A stretch of 63,988 nucleotides of DNA, filler included, from Octopus bimaculoides (lineage: Eukaryota): assembly GCF_001194135.2 (NCBI RefSeq). It is 7 parts of 4 records of this genome, joined end to end, with 100 filler letters (N's around TTAATTAATTAA, not from the genome) between each part and the next. Parts side by side here need not be neighbours in the genome. Positions count along the whole stretch, not along the records: positions 24,553 to 42,759 come from NC_068982.1; positions 42,860 to 50,618 come from NC_068996.1; positions 50,719 to 57,796 come from NC_068982.1; 4 more parts are not named here. One strand, given 5' to 3'. The notes under the pieces are model-generated. The model was given only the letters and a program-made list of their open reading frames with translations, did no database searches and was not told the DNA's origin. Of this stretch, positions 38,915-51,817 are shown in pieces; within the stretch, counting starts at the first letter, position 1, and each line of letters starts with the position of its first letter. The position numbers were made by a program, and so were the translations under genes.

Positions 38915-39292
38915 TGTTGTGTTGGCACTCCGTCGCTTACGACGTCGAGGGTTCCAGTTGATCCAATCAACGGAACAGCCTGCTCGTGAAACTAACGTGC
39001 AAGTGGCTGAGCACTCCACAGACACGTGTACCCTTAACGTAGCTCTCGGGGATATTCAGTGTGACAAGGCTGACCCATTGAATTACAGGCACAACAGAAA
39101 CAGGAAATAAGAGTGAGAGAAAGTTGTGGTGAAAGAATACAGCAGGGTTCGCCACCATCCCCTGCAGGAGCCTCGTGGAGCTTTAGGTGTTTTCGCTCAA
39201 TAAATAATCACAACGCCCGGTCTGGGAATCGAAACCGCGATCCTATGACTGCGAGTCCGCTGCCCTAACCATTGGGCCATTGCGCCTCCACA
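38915..39292 (-). mobile_element. SINE family B nested in the tail of a SINE A, 12-bp TSD
   Basis: TSD TGTGTCTGTAGT at 38903-38914 and 39293-39304. Confidence 0.92.
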
Positions 39293-39332
39293 TGTGTCTG
39301 TAGTAGAAAGGATTATTATTACTATTACCAAA

Positions 39333-39887
39333 GGTGGCGAGCTGGCAGAATCGTTAGCATGCTGGATGAAATGCTTAGCGACATTTTGTCTGTCTTTACG
39401 TTCTGAGTTAAGACAGCTGCCTTTCATCCTTTTGGGATCGATAAAATAAGTACCAGTTGAGCACTGGGGTCGATAATCGAAAAGACCCCTTCCCCAAAAT
39501 TCCTGGCCCTGTGCCTACAGTAGAAAACGTTATATTATTCAAATCACGTTTATGCAGTTATGATCCCTTAAAATTCTAAGTTCAAATCCCGCCGAGGTTC
39601 AGATAGAAATCCGAACTCGATAACATGAGTACTAATCAATTGCTAGAATATAATCAACTGTTGTTTCCTTCTGTTTTCACAAAATGTATGGCCTTGTCCC
39701 TATGTAAGAAAGCATTATTATTAGACCGTTATAGGGGAGCAAGGTGGCAGAATCGTTAACACGTTGTACAAAACACTTAGCGGCATTTTTTTCGGCTCTC
39801 TACATTCTGAGTTCAAACCTCTTCGAGGTCAACCGTTACTTTTCGTTCTCACAAAATTTTTGACCTTGTCTCTATGTAAGAAAGCAT
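39333..39887 (+). mobile_element. Tandem SINE family A copies and fragments
   Basis: Heads at ~39333 and ~39735, a partial copy at ~39570. Confidence 0.75.
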
Positions 39888-41020
39888 TTTTTGTGGAAGG
39901 GTCAGGTACCACTGGTCAGGCGCTCCATCTGCTGTCAACAGCCGCTGAACGGAGGCCTTGGCATGCCGTGGTTGCTGATGCGCAAACATGCGCTCAGGCT
40001 ACGACATCTCAAGCGTTTCCTGGACGGTGAACAGGTGTGGTCACCTTTCGTCAGACGCGATTTTCCGCAGCTCGTTTCTTTAACAGAGCTGCAATCCTGG
40101 ATCAAACGTAGACCGAGAAAGGGCGCTTGGCACCTCGAGTGCCGCCAAGCTCTCACCGCCCTCAGTCAGGCGGGTAGTGCGATCGGTAGTAGCTCCACTC
40201 TAGCGTTCTATAGAGGGTTAGNNNNNNNNNNNNNNNNNNNNNNNNNNNNNNNNNNNNNNNNNNNNNNNNNNNNNNNNNNNNNNNNNNNNNNNNNNNNNNN
40301 NNNNNNNNNNNNNNNNNNNNNNNNNNNNNNNNNNNNNNNNNNNNNNNNNNNNNNNNNNNNNNNNNNNNNNNNNNNNNNNNNNNNNNNNNNNNNNNNNNNN
40401 NNNNNNNNNNNNNNNNNNNNNNNNNNNNNNNNNNNNNNNNNNNNNNNNNNNNNNNNNNNNNNNNNNNNNNNNNNNNNNNNNNNNNNNNNNNNNNNNNNNN
40501 NNNNNNNNNNNNNNNNNNNNNNNNNNNNNNNNNNNNNNNNNNNNNNNNNNNNNNNNNNNNNNNNNNNNNNNNNNNNNNNNNNNNNNNNNNNNNNNNNNNN
40601 NNNNNNNNNNNNNNNNNNNNNNNNNNNNNNNNNNNNNNNNNNNNNNNNNNNNNNNNATAAACGGACCAATTCTGAGAATACACTTGTAAAAAAAAAAAAG
40701 AAAAAAAAAGGTAATGTAAAAGGAGAAAGGGCTCTATACCCCTTTCTTATTTTTTCTGACCAGGCTCCCGTGGTTTTATGGGCTTTTCCACGTGTAACCT
40801 TTCCTTTTTCGAAGCGCCTCCCCCTTTGGGAGTTCTACTTATTTATTTATCTATTTATTTATCTATTTATTTATTATATCTTTCTCCGTTTTCTTCCTCT
40901 GTTTAGACGAACTTTCCTACCTTTTCGGACAAAACCTTTTGTAACCTTCGTCCTGTCTTTGTCCTTACATGTTTTTAATTGATATTAGCGCTTGTGGCCA
41001 ATAAAACGAATTAATTATTA
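39888..41020 (+). mobile_element. 5'-truncated Tx1/L1-clade LINE (ORF2 C-terminal part, gap, 3' UTR)
   Basis: LWKGQVPLVRRSICCQQPLNGGLGMPWLLMRKHALRLRHL... (W.G..P.V...GGLG.P motif downstream of L1/Tx1 RT); open to the gap at 40222; AATAAA at ~41000. Confidence 0.87.
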
Positions 41021-42884
41021 TCAGACTGTTATAGGGGAGCAAGTTGGCAGAATCGTTAATGCATCAAGACAAAATGTTTAGTGGCATTTCTTCCGGTTCT
41101 CTACATTCTGAGTTTAAATCCCGCTGAAGTCAACTTTGCTTTTCATTCTTTCAGTCGAGATCAAATAAATACCAGCTGAGCACTGTGACCGATGTAAACA
41201 ACTAACCGCCTCCCCTAAAATTACTGACCTTGTGCTAAAATGTGAAACCATTATTAGATCGTCATATTGTTGTTGTCGTTGTAATTTAGCCCTGGTTCAA
41301 ACTTAACCAAGTAGACTTATAATCACAAACATTCCAGCTGTGATCATCATAATTGATCCTCTACCAGGGATTCTCAATCATTTTTAACCTATGGACCCCT
41401 TTGATTACTATTTTATTCTGGTGGACCCCCATAGCCATTCGATTTTTAAAATCCAATTTTATAGAAACTTCTTTCAAAATTCCTATTTTATTTTCCACAT
41501 AGGTTAAACTATGTAAAATGTTAGATAAAGAAACCTATCTGTTTCTTGCAATACATACATCCAAAGCAAAATTTTTTCAAGGGCCTTTAAAATATTACTG
41601 TGGATCCCCAATTTACCATCTTTACGTTGTCATTTCAAGTGCTAAAAATAACAGCCAAACTTTCCCCAAACCACACCCTATAATCTTGAAAAAAACGAAA
41701 AGCACTATAGTGTTTTGGGTCATACTAGACCTGAAAACAACGCGAATGCTGCAATGCCTTTGATCCATGAGCGTACTTAATCAGGTCTAGCCTAGCCTAG
41801 CGCGGGTTAAACAAGAACAAGAAACCACCGTTATATTAAACACATACCACTGTTCCTTCAAGGGCCTCTACGTAGATAACAGACATGCTGGAAACAGCAA
41901 GGCAAAATTCACGCTTATCATGCTACTATGTGAACCATACTGGCTAGATTTCAGACCCGTCTTGCCGATGATGATTATGTAGACATGTATTAGATCTTAA
42001 GGATTTTAGGCATATTGTGTCTGAAAAAAAAATAGGGCAGGGTTACAGCTAAAATTTATTTGAACATACGTTTCCTGGGTAAAAGCTTGCTGGGACAAAG
42101 CACCATTAAGTCACCACTACCACCATCATGATCATGATCATCATGTTCATCATCATCAGCAGCAACAACAGCAACAACAACAACAACGATGAAGCGATGT
42201 CTCGACCCAGTGGGGGTAGTTTCTGCGTGGTTGGTCAACCTGGAAGAAGTATCAGCCAAATATTCTTAAAATCCCACCCTACCGTCTTAAAAGGGGATAC
42301 ATTGTATAATGTAACCCGAGATATTCAATGTCTGAAAAAGAGATGCGCGTCGCTGGAACGTCTTTGATCATGTTTACCAGATCAGGGTTGACCTGTCTGT
42401 CTGTGTGTATGTATATATGTCGGTGTTTTTTTTGTTTTTTTTTTTTGTATATGTGCTTAATTTTAGTCTTACTGAAGTTCATCAGCATGAAGCTACAACC
42501 AGCCTACTCCTCGCTCCTTTTTTACGCACAAAAACATCAGTTCTTTTACCAAACCGCCTGCCACACACTCTTATAAAAAAAAAATTTAAAAACTTTATCA
42601 TTCACTGTTCAATGACTCGAATGACCTTCAAACAAACAAATAATAATAATAATTAAGCCAAGAACTATTCTACCACGCCTTAAATTCAGTATCCACAAGA
42701 GTGTTTTTCCTATATCAATTAATAGCTAAATTACAAGGTGCATTCCAGAAGTTTTGAGGNNNNNNNNNNNNNNNNNNNNNNNNNNNNNNNNNNNNNNNNN
42801 NNNTTAATTAATTAANNNNNNNNNNNNNNNNNNNNNNNNNNNNNNNNNNNNNNNNNNNNATATATATATATATATATATATATA

Positions 42885-43036
42885 TACGACGGGCTTCTTT
42901 CAGTTTCTGTGTTCCAGATTCATCCACAAGGCTTTGGTCGGCCCGAGCCTATAGCAGAAGACACTTGATGAAGGTGCCATGTAGTGGGACTGAACCTGGA
43001 ACCATGTGGTTGGGAAGTAAACTTCTTACAACACAC
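42885..43036 (-). mobile_element. SINE family C 5' half
   Basis: Reverse complement of the family head through GAAAGAAGCCCGTCGTATA. Confidence 0.8.
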
Positions 43037-43588
43037 CTATGCATGCGCCTACACACACCACACACACCACACACACACGCATTTATAATGGTATATGCCA
43101 AAATTATCAAAACTCCGTCGAAAGCCGAAAGACTAATTGGTCAGAAGTAAGAATTTCGAAATTCTAAAACGGAACCTCAAATTCAACGAAAATCGTATTT
43201 ATGTAAAAAAAATATATATATTTATAGTAAGGCATATTGAAAGCAAATCACAGAAATACATAAAAAGAACTTAATTTTACTAATTCTTTTAGACAAACAA
43301 CTTATTCTAATTTTAAAAGGATAAGATTTAATTCCTTTTCTAAATGAAATATATTTTAATTCTATTTTCAAGCTGTTTTCTGAATAAAGTAATAAATGAA
43401 ATTATGAGAAAAGACTCGTTCAAAAAGATGTGTGAATATACACATTGTTACACACAGACACATACATACAGATATACATGCGCATACTCAAACATAATAT
43501 ATATATATATATATATACATATACATACTCAAACATAATATATATATATATATATACATATACATACACACAGACACAGACACAACAG

Positions 43589-43689
<101 letters not shown>

Positions 43690-43794
43690 TATATGTGTGT
43701 ATGTTTGTCTGTACACATATACACATATGCACACGCACAGACACATATATATATATTTCGCCACTTACACTGAAGAACACGTACACATACAAAC

Positions 43795-45108
43795 AAAGGG
43801 CGCCGAATTTGAAAGGCGAATAATTAAAATGAATTCTTATAAACATGGTTATATTCTGCATATTTCTAATGAGTTATGCCTCCCGTTTTGCTATGGAACA
43901 CAATGTCGATCATATGTCCACCTTCACTGAGTCTGTATACATTTATGCGCCCCTTGTAATTTCGGATAACTCTCTCAGAGATGTGTGGCCCGATGCCTCC
44001 AATCATACACCTGATTTCAGCCTAGAGTTCAGAAATTGTGTGTGTTTACTTAGCGCATATCTGTAATTTCACATAAGCCCATAAGAAGAAATCACAAGGA
44101 GTAAGATCGCATGACCTTGGTGGCCATTGCTGGTCACCATGCAAGGATATCACTCGTTGCGGAAATTTTTCGCGGAGTTATGCGGGCGTTTGGCGCGAAG
44201 TGTAGTAGGTCGCTCCATCCTGCAGAAACCAGAGGTTGCCAAACACCGTTTCTTCCAAGTTCGGCAATAACTGAGTGAATATCATGTCTCGGTAACGTTC
44301 TCCATTAATAGTAACTGCATTCCCCACATCATTTTCAAAAAGAACGGTCCAAGCGCACCACGTACCCAAAAACCACACCGCACAGTCGCTTTCAGTGGAG
44401 GCATTTCACGCTCTTGCATTATTTGAGAATTTTCATTTCCCCAAATCCAGCAGTTCTGTTTATTGACAAATCCACTCAAGTGCAAGTGAGCCTCGTTACT
44501 GAAGATGATTTTCTTTGCAAAACTTTCGTCAGCTGCAAGTCTCTCAAGAACCCAGCCAACAAATTTCATCCGTCTCCCGTGGTCTGGTGGCTGGCGATGC
44601 TGCGTAAATTGAATTTTGTACGCATACATATGGAGATCTTTATGCAAAATTCGATGTAATGAAGTGGTCGGGATGCCAAACAGCTGTGAACATCGGCGAA
44701 CCGATTCTCCCGAACTCAGAGTGAAACTGTCTCGCACAACAGCAATTTGTTGCCCTGTCCGACAGGAACGATTTCGCCCCTTCGATTTGGCGCTGCGGCA
44801 AAACTAGTTATTTTAAACTTCCTCATTAGTCTGCGAACCGTAGACTCGTTGGGTGTTTCATTTCTTCACAAAATGGTACGAAGTGTTCCAGTTGTTTGCG
44901 TTGCACTTTCTGCGTTTTGGTAAAATATCTTCTCGATGAAAACGCGTTGCTCAGTTGTAAACTGCTCCATAACACACAATTTTGAAAACAAACAAAAAAC
45001 TATTAATCGGAGTAAAGAGAGATAGCAAACATGATAAAAGCATGCCTTCAAACTTCAAAACACAAAAGTGTCGCCCAATTCAAATTCAGCGCTCTTTATG
45101 GAACACCC
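43795..45108 (-). mobile_element. Tc1/mariner DD41D (rosa-like) transposon, transposase pseudogene (ATG at 44970, ends ~43880)
   Basis: MEQFTTEQRVFI...IIFSNEAHLHLSGFVNKQNC.IW...QDGAT...WPPRSCDLTPCDFFLW, with exactly 41 residues between the 2nd and 3rd catalytic Asp; stops and frameshifts; partial TIRs AAAGGGCGCCGAATTTGAA / TTCAAATTCAGCGCTCTTT. Confidence 0.92.
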
Positions 45109-45797
45109 NNNNNNNNNNNNNNNNNNNNNNNNNNNNNNNNNNNNNNNNNNNNNNNNNNNNNNNNNNNNNNNNNNNNNNNNNNNNNNNNNNNNNNNNNNNN
45201 NNNNNNNNNNNNNNNNNNNNNNNNNNNNNNNNNNNNNNNNNNNNNNNNNNNNNNNNNNNNNNNNNNNNNNNNNNNNNNNNNNNNNNNNNNNNNNNNNNNN
45301 NNNNNNNNNNNNNNNNNNNNNNNNNNNNNNNNNNNNNNNNNNNNNNNNNNNNNNNNNNNNNNNNNNNNNNNNNNNNNNNNNNNNNNNNNNNNNNNNNNNN
45401 NNNNNNNNNNNNNNNNNNNNNNNNNNNNNNNNNNNNNNNNNNNNNNNNNNNNNNNNNNNNNNNNNNNNNNNNNNNNNNNNNNNNNNNNNNNNNNNNNNNN
45501 NNNNNNNNNNNNNNNNNNNNNNNNNNNNNNNNNNNNNNNNNNNNNNNNNNNNNNNNNNNNNNNNNNNNNNNNNNNNNNNNNNNNNNNNNNNNNNNNNNNN
45601 NNNNNNNNNNNNNNNNNNNNNNNNNNNNNNNNNNNNNNNNNNNNNNNNNNNNNNNNNNNNNNNNNNNNNNNNNNNNNNNNNNNNNNNNNNNNNNNNNNNN
45701 NNNNNNNNNNNNNNNNNNNNNNNNNNNNNNNNNNNNNNNNNNNNNNNNNNNNNNNNNNNNNNNNNNNNNNNNNNNNNNNNNNNNNNNNNNNNNNNNA

Positions 45798-46115
45798 AGT
45801 GTCTTCTACTACAGCCTCGGGCCGACCAAAACCTTGTGAGTGGATTTGGTAGACGGAAACTGAAAGAAGCCCGTCGTATATATGTATATGTATATATGTG
45901 TGTGTGTGTGTGTTTGTGTGTCTGTGTTTGTCCCCACAACATCGCTTGATAACCGATGCTGGTGTGTTTACGTCCCCATAACTTAGCGGTTCGGCAAAAG
46001 AGACAGATAGAGTAAGTACTAGGCTTCCAAAGAATAAGTCCTGGGGTCGATTTGCTCGACTAAAGGTGGTGCTCCAGCATGGCCACAGTCAAATGGCTGA
46101 AACAAGTAAAAGAAT
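45798..46115 (+). mobile_element. SINE family C (5' part in gap)
   Basis: Body, internal TA/TG microsatellite and tail match 28447-28805. Confidence 0.9.
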
Positions 46116-47390
46116 ATATTGTCTGAACTTTTGTTCCTGCATTTTGCAAGAGTAAATTGACTGTTCAATATAAATTGACAAGGTATATGGTTGCAAGGGT
46201 ACGGTTGGTACAAAGAGGTCTTGCACTTTATGTCATAAGAGTATTACACTCTTTGAGCAAAAATACTGTCAGAGGGTAGTGTAATGTCTTTTATTGATAT
46301 TACTGAATGAATACGTGCGTTTATAGTATATTCTAAAAGTGTTAGTAGTGAGACCAATGTATGTTGGTCTTTTAACAAACAGTGTGGCTGATGCTAAAAC
46401 AAATATGTTTTTTAACTAAGCATTTTTATTCTCATAGGCTTATACTCGGTTTGGAACAATTGCATACCGGCTGGTCGGTATTTTTAAAAAAGTTTTCATT
46501 ATTATCACTTACTAGTATTTGTTGGTATTAGTGACAGAGTAGGAAGACGAAGGTTTTGGTAGACAGACTATGTTTGTTCTTGAGGTTAAAGAATTTTAGT
46601 TACTTGAACATCAACTTGTAGTCTAAAGGATTATTCAACCCTGTAGTCTTATAGGTGCGAACAACCGTTCTTGAGGCAAAGCTATGATTGAAACGAGTAT
46701 ACGTGAATGAATAGATATGCATATATTACACGTCTGTATTTAAGTTCCCGTAACCTAGCGGTATGGTGAAATAGAACGAAGAGGACGCACCAATGTAAAC
46801 ACGTTCTTTACCAAGACCAGTGATAGAGTACTTATACATTATATTTTCCATAAGGCACTGTTATTTATGGGACACAGTGACTTTTTGTAGAAGTTACACA
46901 GAGCGAGATTAACTTGGTTATTAGCAAGCATGATAGGTTCAGCTTCATTATTATCAATAGTTGGAATCGATTAGATCAATATGTTGATTATTTGCAGTAG
47001 ATGCTGTGTTGTCATTATTTAGGTAGCTAGAAATTGTATTATTCGGACGATCATTTGTTGTAGCATTATCAGTTGCTTAATTGAATTTAGTTTGGTTAAG
47101 TATTGCTATATACTCAGCAATATTAGGCATGGTAGAATATGCCAGTTTAGCCGGGTGTCTATTGAAAATTTTATGAAACGGGCTAGATTTAGGGAAGTGT
47201 TTGTCCAAAGTTAAGAAAGTTTTTTTTAGCTACATTAGACTAAAGAAGGTGGGGGTTGAACCACAAAGTATTCCTACGTAAACTAGTTTCATTTTTATTC
47301 GGATTAGATGTAGTAGGGCCTAAAGTAATTTGGTTATTATGGTTATTAATTGCATTCATATTATCTGATTTAAATACTGGGTTACTAATC
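46115..47390 (-). mobile_element. Penelope-like element remnant (post-RT linker plus two GIY-YIG-like domains)
   Basis: RRNTLWFNPP...DKHFPKSSPFHKIFNRHPAKLAYSTMPNI; then CPINNQCLMENIMY...RVYIGAS (YIG 46789-46797) and CNCSKP...KCLVKNIF...TYIGLTTNTF...AKCRNK (YIG 46343-46351). Confidence 0.8.
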
Positions 47391-47495
47391 TTCTTCTTCT
47401 TCTTCTTCTTCTTCTTCTTCTTCTTCTTCTTCTTCTTCTTCTTCTTCTTCTTCTTCTTCTTCTTCTTCTTCTTCTTCTTCTTCTTCTTCTTCTTC
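47390..47495. repeat. (CTT)n perfect microsatellite
   Basis: Direct. Confidence 0.97.
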
Positions 47496-48257
47496 GTTTG
47501 CGATTGATTTGCGTTTTATTTCATCTTCTGACTGGTTTTCAACTCGAGACCTAAGGCTCAATATATATTAGATGGAAAGAAACTTCCTGAGAATCTGGGC
47601 GGTTGATGTCAACACAATATTTTGAGTCTCACAGATCGTTGGTTTACTTGATCTTTCTCAGGGCACCTACAACAACAAGGATTATCATTATTATTGTTAT
47701 CATTATACTAATAATAATTATTATCCTTATTGAGTGAGAGAACAATGCATGCCATCGAAGTTACACTAGAGTACAAATATACGAAGCCTAATATACCCTT
47801 CATGATTACCTTTCTGATAAGTGTACACCAGGTGCATGCATCAGAACTATATGTGCCCGACATGGTGATCTCATATCAAGATAAACAACATATGATCTTG
47901 CAGGTGGGGCCCAGTTAGAATTTTTCTTCAGGCCGAGTAGCTCATCCCGCTCAAAAGATCCCTGAATAAGGTTTGTTTAAGGATGATGAAAAAAAAAAAA
48001 ATCCATGCTTCCAAATGTTAATTATTCAGACGCCAAAGAATCTTTCACAATATATGGCTATGTTGCTTCCCACTAGTCTTACTCGTGATCAGAATGTACA
48101 TATCGTCACCTAAGGAACATGTTCATCTGGTTAAGGTCAAACAACTGACAAGCAAATATGTGGTATTAAGCTGAATATTTGTTGTTGCCTATTTTTTTTT
48201 ATCGTGGTATTGAGCAGAATATTTGCTGCAGCCCATCTTTTATTATTATTATTATTA

Positions 48258-48340
<83 letters not shown>

Positions 48341-48346
48341 TTATTA

Positions 48347-49050
48347 TCACGTGCACTACCGTGCGCAGTTCTGTCTGCCTTGGGTATGTGTTGTAATTTG
48401 CTTTGGTGCTGCTATTTTTACTGTATTGAAAGTGTTTTACGTAGGATGTGTGCAGTGCCTAATTGTGCTATTTTGTGTATGTTATGCATATTCGTAAGTC
48501 CTGGTGTTTTGGTTATGTATTTGTCTGTATATTTTTTAATAATACCTTATGCACCTATTATTATAGGTATTATTTTTAGTTTTAGGCCACAGATCCGAGT
48601 TATCTGTATTTCCAGATCTTCGTATTTTAAGTTTCTCAGTTTCTTTTAGAGATACGTTGTTATTTGTTTGGATTGATACGTCAATTAGAAGACATATTTT
48701 CTGATGCCCGTCATCAGTTTCCACATCACTGGCAAACAAGATATTGGTCGAAAATTTCCAACCGCATTTCTTTTAATTGGGTGCTTCCTTTTATCATCCT
48801 GGCCTGTACTTGGCCAGTACTTGGCCAGTACTTCGTCTATCTGTCTCGCAATTCTCCTGCGTAGAGCTGTCAAGTTTTTAAGCCAAAAGCCCTCAACCCG
48901 ACCTGAGCCGGGCGTTTTCCAGTTTGGAATTTTCCTGCACTGATCTCTAATCATCTTCTCGCTTATTTTCAAATCTTCCTGCTGATACTCTCCACTCTCC
49001 TCTTTGAGTGTCTTTAACCATTCTGCTTGAATTTCTTGTTGTTTATCCTA
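48347..49050 (-). mobile_element. Internally deleted R4/Dong-like retrotransposon in (TAA/TAG/TGA)n
   Basis: RT N-terminus (KIPNWKTPGSGRVEGFWLK...NFRPISCLPVMWKLMTGI) fused at ~48702 to RLE C-terminus (KICLLIDVSI...LKETEKL...IIIGA...LGTAHILRKTLSIQ*). Confidence 0.85.
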
Positions 49051-49056
49051 TTATTA

Positions 49057-49117
<61 letters not shown>

Positions 49118-49130
49118 GATTATCATTATT

Positions 49131-49207
<77 letters not shown>

Positions 49208-50040
49208 GTATATATATGCACGTGAATGTATACATACACGAGGTGGTTTACCTTGAAGACAGGTCACAATGTGGCTGACGTCATATTATTAGTAGCCAGA
49301 AAATGCATCATGATGAACTTTCATTAAACTTGTAGCGATATATTAGGTTGGCTGCAGTGTCAAAAAGAACCCAGATGTTATTTTGTGCTGCTTAAAAAGT
49401 TCGTTAGAGAAAACACAACTGAATATGAAACCTGTATTTCCAGTTTCGATGAATATTTCGTCAGGAAAAAAATCTCAAATCAACAAGCTTTACGTGATTA
49501 AAAAAGTTGAGAAGAGGAGAGTATGATCAAAGAATGCTTTTGTCATCCTGTAACCAACAGGTTTTTTTACTTTAAGTGCTTCAAGTTACGGTCTAAAACA
49601 TTTGCTACAATCGTCAGCACTATACGTATGACTTATGCTGCAGTCAATTGTGACTTTTGACACTTTTAAAAATTTGACCTGCAGGAAATTACGCATAATT
49701 AAACCGTAATGAAACACAGGATAGATTTATGTAAAATATGAGAGCGCTGTTCAATTCTGACCTTGAGAGCCTTTTGAATGCAACATGAAACTACTTTTGG
49801 CTGATCACTTCACTTCCTTGCTAGTAAACAATGACTTTTTACTACTTTAAAGGAATTCTGTTTAGAGTAGAGAGGAGCTGCATGATCTCCCATACGTTGG
49901 AAATGAAGTGATGTAACAATGAACTATACATACATACACACACACATACATACATACACACACACACACATACATACATACATACATATATACATACATA
50001 CACACACACATACATACATACATACATACATACATGCATC

Positions 50041-50076
<36 letters not shown>

Positions 50077-50086
50077 NNNNNNNNNN

Positions 50087-50131
<45 letters not shown>

Positions 50132-50718
50132 CTATGGACGGACGGTAGACGTGTCGGCTCCGTAAGTTTTGTCTTTTTTTATGCTTTAAAAAGTTTGTTT
50201 GTAAGGTTAATTTTATATAGAAAGTTGTACAACAACTTATAGACTCTGTAGTGCAAGTTTTTTGCAACGGAAATCGACCCTGTGTGGCACATTTCTAGGT
50301 TTTAAAAATTAATTTCGGCTTTCTAGCCATTTTTATTTTGGGACGATGGGGTCTTCTAGCCATGAAAAGTTTCGTCAAACGAACGCTGAATTTTGCAGTG
50401 TTTCGTTCGAAAAAGAATTTCCTAGTCTCCCTTGCTCACATTCGAACGAGAGAATGGAGAAAAGGGAAAAGAACTTCACACACACAGATGCAAGTGTTAA
50501 CTTCCGCCGCCACCACCACCAACAACAAAAACAAAACTGTAACCAAGGTTACAAAACAGTATACAGACGACGTCTCCAAAGTATCTGACGTCAACACCAT
50601 TTCTGGTGACGCCATCATNNNNNNNNNNNNNNNNNNNNNNNNNNNNNNNNNNNNNNNNNNNNTTAATTAATTAANNNNNNNNNNNNNNNNNNNNNNNNNN
50701 NNNNNNNNNNNNNNNNNN

Positions 50719-50770
<52 letters not shown>

Positions 50771-51619
50771 ATATGCATAGAGAGAGAGAAAGAGAGCGAA
50801 AGAGAGAGAATATGAGAGATTAAGTTCACCACTGGTGAACTAAATGAATAGGTACGCTTAATCAGTGCTATAATTGGTTATGCGTTAGGTTCCAATTTCA
50901 CAGCTGAGGCTGGTGCTAGGCATCTGTATTAGGCTTCCGTGTTAGCAGGTTTATATGAGAGGATTTACTTTAATCCCCTGAGATTGCAGATACTGTTTCT
51001 GAATCTCTTTGATTCTTTAAATGTGCTAGCTTCCTGGTAATTAATCGATATTAATTAATATATGATTTTTTGCCATATTTTTTAATACCGAGTTCTCATA
51101 CTGGATATATGCGACGCAGTAAATATTCTCTGCAGACATATTCCTGGAATTAGCGCGCCAAAACGAAGACTTTTGAATTTTACCATTAAGCTGTAATTAG
51201 CAGAACCATATACACGCGCACCTATGGCGGTGGGCAACTTTGTATGGGGTTCTGATGATTATGGTTCCATTACGAATCAGGCTGAAGAGAAATAGACAGN
51301 NNNNNNNNNNNNNNNNNNNNNNNNNNNNNNNNNNNNNNNNNNNNNNNNNNNNNNNNNNNNNNNNNNNNNNNNNNNNNNNNNNNNNNNNNNNNNNNNNNNN
51401 NNNNNNNNNNNNNNNNNNNNNNNNNNNNNNNNNNNNNNNNNNNNNNNNNNNNNNNNNNNNNNNNNNNNNNNNNNNNNNNNNNNNNNNNNNNNNNNNNNNN
51501 NNNNNNNNNNNNNNNNNNNNNNNNNNNNNNNNNNNNNNNNNNNNNNNNNNNNNNNNNNNNNNNNNNNNNNNNNNNNNNNNNNNNNNNNNNNNNNNNNNNN
51601 NNNNNNNNNNNNNNNNNNC

Positions 51620-51800
51620 CCCCTAGCATTGCTTGACAACCGATGCTGGTGTGTTTATGTCCCCGTCAATTAGCGGTTCGGTAAAAGAGACCGATAGAAT
51701 AAGGCTGACAAAGAATAAGTCCTAGGGTCGATTTGCTCGACTAAAGGCGGTGCTCCAGCATGGCCACAGTCAAATGACTGAAACAAGTAAAACAGTAAAA
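51620..51800 (+). mobile_element. SINE family C 3' half
   Basis: GCTTGACAACCGATGCTGGTGTG...GAAACAAGTAAAA. Confidence 0.88.
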
Positions 51801-51817
51801 CAATAAACAGTAAACAG

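Noticed and set aside
46130-47390. Mitochondrial insertion (AT-rich, strand-biased)
   Set aside because: The minus-strand translation shows Penelope linker and GIY-YIG motifs instead.
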